Source of the DNA: a virus
Reading direction: 5' to 3' (one strand)
Length of the DNA: 64,000 nt
Virus record (IMG/VR): IMGVR_UViG_3300036893_000013
Location: 1-64,000 of that record
The notes beneath the pieces are model-generated. The model was not told the DNA's origin. It made no database searches and worked only from the letters and a program-made list of their open reading frames with translations. A program made the position numbers and the translations under genes. Below, piece after piece: positions 1 to 7,770 of this stretch; positions within the stretch are counted from its first letter, which is position 1; each line of letters begins with the position of its first letter.

Positions 1-352
1 ATACTCACAAAGATAAAGTTCTCCGTCATATGTTAGATATGAAGGAAAAAGTTATTTACATAAAATTTGCAGAAAATCTAACTGATGATGCTGCTAAGCA
101 TCTAGAAAAAGAGCTTATAAAAAAGATAGGCAGGCATCCGAAAGGGTCTTTAACTAACGGAACGGACGGTGGAGATGGAACTACTAACTTTTCTTCCGAG
201 GTAATAGAAAGAATTAAAAAGAAATTACAAGGTCGTCACCCCACAGAAGAAACCAGAAAGAAGCTATCTAAGGAACTCCAGAACAACGGGAGAGAATGAG
301 ACAAGCTAGATTAAGATATCTAGCTTCTAAAAGGAAGGAAAATTTAAAATGA
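1..352 (+). CDS. GIY-YIG-like homing endonuclease with NUMOD3-type tail; 5' truncated by the window edge, apparent frameshift near 270
   Basis: Frame is open from base 3 (THKDKVLRHM...). Contains LEKELIKKIGR...LTNGTDGGDG and the NUMOD3-like HPTEETRKKLS. A shifted frame at 272-352 continues GTPEQRERMRQARLRY... and stops in an ATGA overlap with nadV. Confidence 0.55.
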
Positions 353-2730
353 AAGTTTTTGCCCCGCATTTAACGGACTATTATAAAGTTGGGCATTACA
401 AGCAGTATCCAGAAGGTACTGAATACGTATATGCTAATGGTACTTTCAGATCGGACAAGTGGGCTAACGTACTCCCGGACTTCGATCACAAAGTAGTATT
501 CTTTGGACTACAAGGGGCGTGTCAATGGTTGCTAGTGGACTTATGGAATGAGACGTTCTTTAGTATTCCTAAAGAAGAAGCCGTTAATAGGTATAAGCGA
601 AGGATGGACGGGTCTTTAGGCGTAGGAGCAGTATCTACTAAACATATATCAGACCTACATGATCTGGGATTCCTTCCTGTGCGGATTAAGGCACTTCCGG
701 AGGGTAGTCGGGTTGGCATACGTGTGCCAGTGTTCACAATCATCAATACTCTACCAGCTTTCTACTGGGTTACTAACTATCTAGAGACGCAGATATCAGC
801 GGTTATATGGAAGATTTGTACTTCAGCTACACTAGCTTACGAGTATCGTAGACTTTTTGAGAAGTATGCGGGGGAAACCGGGGGAGACAGAGATTTCATA
901 GATTTCCAAGGCCACGACTTTTCAGAGCGCGGTATGTCCGGAATAGAAGATGGAATTACAAGTGGAGCAGGGCATCTACTCAGCTTCAAAGGAACTGATA
1001 GTATTCCTGCTATTGATTATTTAGAAGAGTATTACTTTGGTACTCAAACCTTTGTAGGAGGATCAGTTCCGGCGACAGAACACAGTGTAGCCTCTTGCAA
1101 CATGATAGATATCGCTGCTGAATTAGAGAGCAAAGGACAATGGAATGGTATTTCAGTGGAGCAATTGCTTGATCTAGAGTTAGCTGAAATAGCTTTTCTG
1201 AAAAATTTAATTACTAACATATATCCAATTGGAATAGTATCTTATGTTGCGGATACCTATGATTATTTTCGTGTCATAACCAAAGTAGCTAAGACGTTAA
1301 AGGAAACAATACTTTCCAGAGATGGTAAGCTGGTGTTCAGACCGGATTCCGGAGACCCTGTAAAGATTATTATAGGCGATCCCGAGGCTCCTGTTGGTAG
1401 TCCTGAGTATAAAGGGTCTGTAGAGTGCTTGTGGGAAATTTTTGGCGGAACAATCACTCGCAAAGGATACAAAAAACTTGACAAACACGTTGGTTTGATA
1501 TATGGTGATAGTATCACGCTGGACAGGGCGCAAGCTATTTTAGCTGGATTAGCCCTCAAAGGGTTTTCTAGCGACAACATTGTGTTAGGAATTGGAAGTT
1601 ACTGTGTTTCTGTAGATACTCCTGTTCTTTGCTCTGATTTAGTATGGAGGAAAGCAAAAGAATTATTGATTGGAGAAGAAATTATATCTTTCGACGAAAC
1701 TCCTGTATTTGGAAGTGGTAAGAAATCTGCGCGAAGATACAGAAAAGCAACTATTACAGCTAATACTAAAACAATTAAAAAAAGTGCAAGAATAAGTACC
1801 GATATAGGAGACCCTATAATCGCTAGTTTAGATCATCCTTGGCTTGTTTGGGTTAGAAATAGAAGTAATAAGAACATGAACGAAGTGGGAGAGTTCTTTA
1901 AGAAAGACACTTTTCCAAGAGGGGCGGGGCTGGCATGGAAAAGAACCTCTGATCTTGTTCCGGGGGATGAAATTGCCTTTCTAGAGAAGCCTTGGAAAAC
2001 AGATACTTCTAGGGAGGGTGGGTGGTTAGAAGGAATTTTTGACGGCGAAGGCGGAATTTCTAATCTCCAAAAGTATAGGAAAATACCTCACTATAAGATA
2101 AATATCAGTCAAAATAAAGGTCCAATTCTAGATAGAATAAACAAGGAACTTTCAGATAGGTTATTTACTACTTATGAGAATGAGAGAAGTTGTCCTCAGA
2201 TCGTATTAACCGGAGGATGGTCCGAGAATCTTAGGTTTTTAGGAACTATCAGACCGCAAAGGTTACTTAATAAATGGTATAATCTCTCAAAAGAGTTACC
2301 TACTTTAAAGAAAAATGCTACTTATAGGACAGCCAAAGTTGTTTCTGTAGAGGAGATAGGACTCCAAGAACTAGCTAGCATAACTACTTCAAATGGAACA
2401 TTTATAACCGGGGGCTATTTATCTCATAATACCTACCAGTATGTTACTAGAGATACCTTCGGATTTGCCATTAAAGCCACTTGGGGAGTTGTTAAGGGAG
2501 AAGAAAGAGAACTCTGGAAGGACCCTAAGACAGACAATGGAGTTAAGAAGTCTGCTAGAGGGTTGCTGAGGGTACAAAACAGTCATAATAGGTTTATTCT
2601 ATTTGATCAACAGGATCACTTAGGAGAGCAAAGAGGGTTACTAAGAGTAGTATTTGAAGATGGTAAGTTGTACAATACAGAAGCCTTACATACAATCAGG
2701 GAAAGGCTGTTAGAAGGGGAGTATGCCTAA
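349..2730 (+). CDS. nadV: Nicotinamide phosphoribosyltransferase (NAMPT/NadV family) with an intein
   Basis: Motifs TDYYKVGH, HDFSERG, SVPATEHS, VADTYD, RPDSGDP, GLIYGDSIT, KDPKTDNGVKKSARG. Confidence 0.93.
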   Translation: MKVFAPHLTDYYKVGHYKQYPEGTEYVYANGTFRSDKWANVLPDFDHKVVFFGLQGACQWLLVDLWNETFFSIPKEEAVNRYKRRMDGSLGVGAVSTKHISDLHDLGFLPVRIKALPEGSRVGIRVPVFTIINTLPAFYWVTNYLETQISAVIWKICTSATLAYEYRRLFEKYAGETGGDRDFIDFQGHDFSERGMSGIEDGITSGAGHLLSFKGTDSIPAIDYLEEYYFGTQTFVGGSVPATEHSVASCNMIDIAAELESKGQWNGISVEQLLDLELAEIAFLKNLITNIYPIGIVSYVADTYDYFRVITKVAKTLKETILSRDGKLVFRPDSGDPVKIIIGDPEAPVGSPEYKGSVECLWEIFGGTITRKGYKKLDKHVGLIYGDSITLDRAQAILAGLALKGFSSDNIVLGIGSYCVSVDTPVLCSDLVWRKAKELLIGEEIISFDETPVFGSGKKSARRYRKATITANTKTIKKSARISTDIGDPIIASLDHPWLVWVRNRSNKNMNEVGEFFKKDTFPRGAGLAWKRTSDLVPGDEIAFLEKPWKTDTSREGGWLEGIFDGEGGISNLQKYRKIPHYKINISQNKGPILDRINKELSDRLFTTYENERSCPQIVLTGGWSENLRFLGTIRPQRLLNKWYNLSKELPTLKKNATYRTAKVVSVEEIGLQELASITTSNGTFITGGYLSHNTYQYVTRDTFGFAIKATWGVVKGEERELWKDPKTDNGVKKSARGLLRVQNSHNRFILFDQQDHLGEQRGLLRVVFEDGKLYNTEALHTIRERLLEGEYA
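1603..2430 (+). mobile_element. 276-aa intein with LAGLIDADG endonuclease in NAMPT
   Basis: Junctions GIGSY|CVSVDT and GYLSHN|TYQY; block B ASLDHPW; LAGLIDADG-like WLEGIFDGEGGI. Excision restores GIGSYTYQYVTRD. Confidence 0.92.
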
Positions 2731-2983
2731 TAAACTATACGCATCTGCGATATCTTATTTAGACCCTGCTGATTGTGGTTCTAGTGTTGGATTTAGAATA
2801 CACTTAGAAGGGACATCGTACTTGGAGGCTGTGGTAAATCTATCTGATTGTAGTCGAACTGTATCGTGGTATTTAAATTCTGATTCAGCCATACAAAAAA
2901 TAGATACTGCCATAAGAATCCTTCAAGAGTTCAAGAGAGAGTACGTAAAAGCTAGGAAAGACGTGGATAGGAGTAAAAAGTGA
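2723..2983 (+). CDS. Hypothetical phage protein
   Basis: 86-aa ORF overlapping both neighbours in the operon. Confidence 0.6.
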   Translation: MPNKLYASAISYLDPADCGSSVGFRIHLEGTSYLEAVVNLSDCSRTVSWYLNSDSAIQKIDTAIRILQEFKREYVKARKDVDRSKK

Positions 2984-3348
2984 AAATAAAAGATGTACTG
3001 GAACAAGAGATTAGTAAGAGTTCTGAATTTACAGCTAACAACTTCGGAACTATGTATGGGAAAGAATTCCCCCTCATGGTTAACGATATAGTAGAAAGTA
3101 AATCAATATGTGCCCTATTACTGCTGGATGTTTGCATATCTGGGATGGGCTGTAAGAAGCTGGCAGACGATCTTGCTTCACTAGGTGAAGAAGATAATAA
3201 GAAAGCAATACTTAAAAACCTTCAGACTTTTTCTGGTGCTCTCTCCATGTTGTACTGGGGCATTGAGATAGGTAAAAAGATAGCTAAGCAAGAAAATGAA
3301 GTAAAAGCGCTAGAGAATCTATGGGGAGGAACAACAACATGCAACTAG
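2980..3348 (+). CDS. Hypothetical protein
   Basis: 122-aa ORF with a GTGA overlap and AGGAG RBS. Confidence 0.6.
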   Translation: MKIKDVLEQEISKSSEFTANNFGTMYGKEFPLMVNDIVESKSICALLLLDVCISGMGCKKLADDLASLGEEDNKKAILKNLQTFSGALSMLYWGIEIGKKIAKQENEVKALENLWGGTTTCN

Positions 3349-3746
3349 GTCTGGGAGTTATGTTGAATATGTTGGGCGGTAATAAAGAATCTGTAGAAAC
3401 ACTACAATCTAGTTTGGGTAAGACTATAAAAGAATTGAAGTTAGAAGATAATTATTTAACCATTAAGTTTGGAGATTCCGGAATCCGGATTCATGATGCA
3501 GGACAGAGTTGCTGCGAAGTCCGGTATATGGTTACAGATGATAATCTTGATGAATTTGTAGATTCTGAATTAATTGGAATAGAGATACTCGATACTGTAC
3601 AATCTGAAGATGACTATGGCCTACATGAGGTACAGTTTCTCCATATAAAGACTGACATAGGAGATGTTGTTTTTTCAAACCATAACGAACATAATGGATA
3701 TTATGGGGGATTTGGGATCGTAGTAGAACCATTGGAGGTACAATGA
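3339..3746 (+). CDS. Conserved-looking phage hypothetical protein (SCCE...NGYYGG motif)
   Basis: GGAGGA RBS before ATG 3339; acidic protein with QSCCEVRY and HNEHNGYYGGF. Confidence 0.6.
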   Translation: MQLGLGVMLNMLGGNKESVETLQSSLGKTIKELKLEDNYLTIKFGDSGIRIHDAGQSCCEVRYMVTDDNLDEFVDSELIGIEILDTVQSEDDYGLHEVQFLHIKTDIGDVVFSNHNEHNGYYGGFGIVVEPLEVQ

Positions 3747-3964
3747 CTTTAAGTAATGTGCTAATCTTGTTTGTTTTGTTGGTTGGCAGCTTCTACGGCA
3801 TAGAGGCTGCTTGTAACCTAATGACTTATCCAAGTGATCTTAGTTTCTTGGCAGGAGCCGGTATTCTGGTCGTGCTAGGATTTTCTTGGTTTAAGTTGGG
3901 AGCACAACGTTTGGAAGCAGTGATACAACACTTCAAGAAAGGGAATGATGAAGAATCTCGTTAG
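3743..3964 (+). CDS. Small two-TM membrane protein
   Basis: Two hydrophobic stretches; GGAGG RBS. Confidence 0.6.
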   Translation: MTLSNVLILFVLLVGSFYGIEAACNLMTYPSDLSFLAGAGILVVLGFSWFKLGAQRLEAVIQHFKKGNDEESR

Positions 3965-4002
3965 GCTGATGTTGGGGCTGAATTTTACGAGAATTTACTA
4001 CG

Positions 4003-5016
4003 ATGAAAACACTTTTCAGATGTGAATTCGGTAGTCATCTTTATGGTACTAATACTCCTTCATCTGACCATGATTATAAGAGTATTCACATACCGAACGC
4101 TAGAGATATTCTTCTTCAGAGAGTAGTGGAGTCTACTGGTCATAAGGTGGTTAGATTTGAAGGAGATAAGAACACTCCAGAAGATACTGATGACGAAAGC
4201 TACTCTCTACAGAAGTACCTAAAGTTGCTGGCAGAAGGTCAGACAGTAACTATCGACATGTTATTCACTCCTAAACCTTTAATTACGAGTGTTATATGGG
4301 AAGAGATTAAATCTAATAAAGATAGACTGTTAACCAAGAAATCGGCTTCGTTTGTGGGGTATTGTCGAACCCAAGCCAATAAGTATGGTATTAAAGGAAG
4401 TCGAGTATCCGCAGCTAAAGAAGCCGTTAATTTTTTCGGAGATGCTATAATAAAACACGGACTTTTGGCTAAAGTTGGGGAGTTAGATGAGTTTCCGACA
4501 GGAGAACATGCAACTATATTTGTAAAAGAAACTACTCCCGGGCGATTCGAGACCTACTATGACTGCTGCAATCGTTTAGTAGGGTTTAAGAACACTCTTA
4601 AAGAAGCTCATAAAATATACTCCAGAATCTATGAAGAGTACGGTAAACGGGCTAAGTTAGCCGAGACCAATGAAGGGATTGACTGGAAGGCATTAAGTCA
4701 CGCAGTTAGAGTAGGTCATGAGGCGTTGTCTCTTTTGAGCACAGGAGTGGTAAGTTTTCCCTTGTTTAATGCTAAGCACGTTTTAGACATTAAATTGGGT
4801 AAACTTCCCTACAATGAAGTAGCTAAAGAAATAGAGGAACTTCTAGAAGATGTAGAAGTAGCCGAGAAGTCATCCTCGTTAAGAGAAGAACCAGATTATG
4901 AATACATAGATAATCTAGTAGAAAGGGTATATAGAAATGAAGTTCTTGAGCATCATTTTATTAGTGGTTGGGTGCCTAGTAACGTATGCAGTGTCTCTCG
5001 ATATGGAAGTCGTTAG
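4003..5016 (+). CDS. Pol-beta superfamily nucleotidyltransferase (T4 NrdC.11/RlaP-like)
   Basis: FGSHLYGTNTPSSDHDYK (GS...DxD) and C-terminal DWKALSHAVR. Confidence 0.8.
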   Translation: MKTLFRCEFGSHLYGTNTPSSDHDYKSIHIPNARDILLQRVVESTGHKVVRFEGDKNTPEDTDDESYSLQKYLKLLAEGQTVTIDMLFTPKPLITSVIWEEIKSNKDRLLTKKSASFVGYCRTQANKYGIKGSRVSAAKEAVNFFGDAIIKHGLLAKVGELDEFPTGEHATIFVKETTPGRFETYYDCCNRLVGFKNTLKEAHKIYSRIYEEYGKRAKLAETNEGIDWKALSHAVRVGHEALSLLSTGVVSFPLFNAKHVLDIKLGKLPYNEVAKEIEELLEDVEVAEKSSSLREEPDYEYIDNLVERVYRNEVLEHHFISGWVPSNVCSVSRYGSR

Positions 5017-5239
5017 TACTCAACCGGTTGTAGCAACTTCGTTTAGTAAGTTCTTTTCCTATGTAATTGATACTAAGGGAGTTGCAAAAACCTGTAGTTC
5101 GGGATATGATCTGTATTTAGCTCAGATTCCACCAGCCGGAAGAGTACCTTCAAGTTATGTATATATTAGTCCCCCGCAAATGATATATCCTCAGGATAAT
5201 AAGGATTACTTAGCAATGTGTGTACAGGTGAAACGATGA
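4937..5239 (+). CDS. Small exported or membrane-anchored hypothetical protein
   Basis: N-terminus MKFLSIILLVVGCLVTYA is signal-like; two further Cys. Confidence 0.45.
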   Translation: MKFLSIILLVVGCLVTYAVSLDMEVVSTQPVVATSFSKFFSYVIDTKGVAKTCSSGYDLYLAQIPPAGRVPSSYVYISPPQMIYPQDNKDYLAMCVQVKR

Positions 5240-5475
5240 GGTTAGGAGATTTTATAGCGTGCCTAGTTATAATAGTAGCTGCCTCGGTAGCTGCTTTTAT
5301 TGGATTGTGGTCTGTAGCTCTATTCAGTACGTTGTTCTTTGTACTGCTGATATCTAATATATTTATCCACATATTTTTTCATGTAGCGACAGACGCTTTA
5401 CCTAGATACCATATTGCTATTCCTGAAGATGTACAAGAAAAAATTAATGAGAGTTTGAAAGAGAGCTTCAAGTGA
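5236..5475 (+). CDS. Membrane protein
   Basis: Long hydrophobic N-terminal half; ATGA overlap. Confidence 0.55.
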   Translation: MRLGDFIACLVIIVAASVAAFIGLWSVALFSTLFFVLLISNIFIHIFFHVATDALPRYHIAIPEDVQEKINESLKESFK

Positions 5476-6623
5476 GTGAGTGGAAGGTGTTCGCTGATAG
5501 AATTGAAATTTTTGACCATCCAAATGCCAGTAAACTTTCTTTAGGAAGAGTTGGGTCTTTCCAAGTTGTTGTTGGGAAAGGGCTTTACCAGACCGGAGAT
5601 ATCGTCGTATTTGCCCCCAAACGTAGCATTCTCCCTCCCGATCTAAGAACTTATTATGTTAATGAAGAGACGGGGCATAGTTATCTTAAAGGAGTTAACG
5701 AAGATTGGGTGGGAAGTATTAGACTTAGGGGGGAGGAGAGTGAAGGAGCGATTTTGCCGTGGGAGTGGATTGTTAAAGTTCGTCCAGAGTGGAAGACCTC
5801 TATTCCTATGGAAGTAGACTTATCAGGAGCGTTAGGCATCACCGAGTATATTCCCGGTGTCCCAAGTTCTCCACGCAGGAAACAGCAGCAAGGGGATGTA
5901 ATTCAGCTAGTACAGGATGCAGTTCAAATGGATCGGTTTGTTCGCCATGATGCAGAACAGTTTAGAATCTTCCAAAATGAATTCATCCCCGGAGAGTTTG
6001 TATCTGTTACCGAGAAGATACATGGTAGTCAGATATCTATCATGAAGGATAAGAGGGGTAGAATAGCTGTAACCAGTAAGGGCAGAGCACTCCAAAATTA
6101 CGTTCTTAGAGAGTTTCCCCTTACTAAACCCTTTAGCGGAAGGGGGTTATGGAATAAAATTCGGAGTACTATCCAGTGGCTTTTGAGAGTCCCCGGGCCG
6201 ATGAATGAGTACTGGAAGGTAGCTTATGACTCTGGGATTATTCAGTTCCTCAAAAAGCAGCGATTTGAAGGGCAGGAAGTACAACTTATTGGCGAAGTAA
6301 TTCCTTTCCAAAAGGGTTTCACTTACGGTTGTGACCATAAACACGTTCTAATATTTCGTGTTATAGTAGGAACTATAGAAGAACCATACGGAGCCTACAC
6401 AGAGGAGATTCTATGGGTTCCCCAGTTATACTATGGACCTTATGATCCATGGAAGATACTCCCGCTTTGTAAGGGCAAGGAGACTGTATCTGGAATGGAA
6501 GCGCACATACGGGAGGGAGTTGTACTTACCCCTGCGGTAGCTCGTAGGGCTAAGAATGGTACCCAATTAATAGTGAAGATTGTTAACCCTGCTTTCACCG
6601 TTAATGATGAGGACCCAACGTGA
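5472..6623 (+). CDS. RNA ligase, DRB0094/Rnl2-like, with N-terminal OB fold
   Basis: HPNASKL, RLRGEESEG, motif I TEKIHGS, GEVI, REGVV, KIVNP. Confidence 0.85.
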   Translation: MSEWKVFADRIEIFDHPNASKLSLGRVGSFQVVVGKGLYQTGDIVVFAPKRSILPPDLRTYYVNEETGHSYLKGVNEDWVGSIRLRGEESEGAILPWEWIVKVRPEWKTSIPMEVDLSGALGITEYIPGVPSSPRRKQQQGDVIQLVQDAVQMDRFVRHDAEQFRIFQNEFIPGEFVSVTEKIHGSQISIMKDKRGRIAVTSKGRALQNYVLREFPLTKPFSGRGLWNKIRSTIQWLLRVPGPMNEYWKVAYDSGIIQFLKKQRFEGQEVQLIGEVIPFQKGFTYGCDHKHVLIFRVIVGTIEEPYGAYTEEILWVPQLYYGPYDPWKILPLCKGKETVSGMEAHIREGVVLTPAVARRAKNGTQLIVKIVNPAFTVNDEDPT

Positions 6624-6632
6624 GATTTAGAA

Positions 6633-6715
6633 GCTCCTGTGATGGAAAGTATACATAGTAGTCTTAAGAACTACCGCCTTCGGGATTGTGGGTTCGAGTC
6701 CCACCGGGAGTACCA
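6633..6715 (+). tRNA. tRNA-Leu(TAA) with encoded CCA
   Basis: Acceptor GCTCCTG/CGGGAGT-A-CCA; anticodon arm GTAGT-CTTAAGA-ACTAC (TAA at 6665-6667); long variable arm; T-arm GTGGG-TTCGAGT-CCCAC. Confidence 0.88.
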
Positions 6716-6718
6716 ATT

Positions 6719-6910
6719 ATGAATAAAAGAATATTTAAGGACATAGAACGCGACATTGCGATAGAAGAAAGCTTCCACGACGCCGTGGAGTTTTCTGTAA
6801 AAGTGTATGACGAATTAAATGACTATCCAACCTATCTTAAGTTAAGAGACAGATACCTCAAAGCTTACGAAAGACTATCTAAATATATTCAGAAACATGC
6901 AAAGGATTAA
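6719..6910 (+). CDS. Hypothetical protein
   Basis: ATG right after the tRNA CCA; the track start at 6686 lies inside the tRNA. Confidence 0.55.
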   Translation: MNKRIFKDIERDIAIEESFHDAVEFSVKVYDELNDYPTYLKLRDRYLKAYERLSKYIQKHAKD

Positions 6911-7348
6911 ATGAAGACAAGCATTAACGGACTAAATTTCATTAAAAGTAACGAAGGATTTAGAAGCCTTATGTACGCAGACGTAGCTGGAAAGAGCACA
7001 ATCGGGTACGGTCATTTAGTCCTACCGGGGGAAAGCTTTCCAGTATTAGGAATTACTGAGTCATACGCCGAGGGTCTACTAAGTCAGGATGTACAGCATG
7101 TTGAGATTTATCTCAATGCTGCTGCCCCAACACTGAATCAGAACCAATTTGATGCTCTTATTGACTTTGGGTTCAATTTGGGGACCGGAGCACTCCATTT
7201 CCTTCTTGGGCATGGACTTACTCAAATTCCTACCCAGATTTTACTGTGGGATCACGCAGGGGGAGTGGTTGTGGAAGGTTTGTTACGGAGGCGTAAAGGG
7301 GAGCTAGCATTATGGGAGACGCCAGTTGAAAAAGTGTCCAATCTGTAA
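6911..7348 (+). CDS. Endolysin, GH24 phage lysozyme
   Basis: NEGFRSLMYADVAGKSTIGYGH (E-x8-D-x5-T triad), NQNQFDALIDFGFNLG, GLLRRRKGE. Confidence 0.92.
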   Translation: MKTSINGLNFIKSNEGFRSLMYADVAGKSTIGYGHLVLPGESFPVLGITESYAEGLLSQDVQHVEIYLNAAAPTLNQNQFDALIDFGFNLGTGALHFLLGHGLTQIPTQILLWDHAGGVVVEGLLRRRKGELALWETPVEKVSNL

Positions 7349-7478
7349 CGGTAAAGGGGTTGTTAATTGGAGTAGTAAATACGCTAGCAACGACCCTAAT
7401 ACTCAATCCGGAGAGATTACAATACAAGAGATATCTATATGCATAGTGTGTCACGGTTCCGGTTCGTTTAAGGGGTAG
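7326..7478 (+). CDS. 50-aa DnaJ-type zinc-finger protein (two CxxCxGxG motifs); not in ORF track
   Basis: TTG start after GGGAG; MKKCPICNGKG...ICIVCHGSGSFKG*. Confidence 0.65.
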   Translation: MKKCPICNGKGVVNWSSKYASNDPNTQSGEITIQEISICIVCHGSGSFKG

Positions 7479-7769
7479 ATGTATGGGCAGAAAGAAAACA
7501 AATGTAAGAAATCATGGTACGGCTAGAAGGCTTGTTCATACTGTAAATCTACGAGAATACGAATGTCTTTAGATAGAATAGATAATTCTAAAGGGCATAC
7601 AATGGACAATGTTCTTCCTGCTTGCTTAAGATGTAATTTTATGAGAGCAGATATCCCCTATGTTGTTTGGGTTAAGTTTATTCCGGCCCTACAAGAGGCA
7701 GAAAGGAACGGGGATTTCGGAGATTGGTTTCCTAAGTCTGCTGTTAAAAAATTTCTTAAGGAAGATTAA
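7479..7769 (+). pseudogene. Disrupted HNH-type endonuclease
   Basis: KACSYC...SLDRIDNSKGHTMDNVLPACLRCNFMR is in frame, but a TAG at 7524-7526 separates it from the upstream ATG. Confidence 0.6.
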
Positions 7770-7770
7770 A

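Noticed and set aside
303-326. 9-bp hairpin AAGCTAGAT/ATCTAGCTT upstream of nadV
   Set aside because: AT-rich, no U-tract, and lies in the probable frameshifted coding tail; no supportable function.
3945-4025. Short ORF MMKNLVRLMLGL... as a remnant of a deleted exported protein
   Set aside because: Only about 26 codons with no diagnostic motif.
6686-6718. ORF-track GTG start at 6686
   Set aside because: It falls within the tRNA T-arm; ATG 6719 is more plausible.
7479-7563. In-frame TAG in the HNH-like ORF suggesting amber recoding
   Set aside because: TAG ends several well-formed genes (e.g. 3964, 5016, 7478, 13325), long genes have no internal TAG and no suppressor tRNA was seen.
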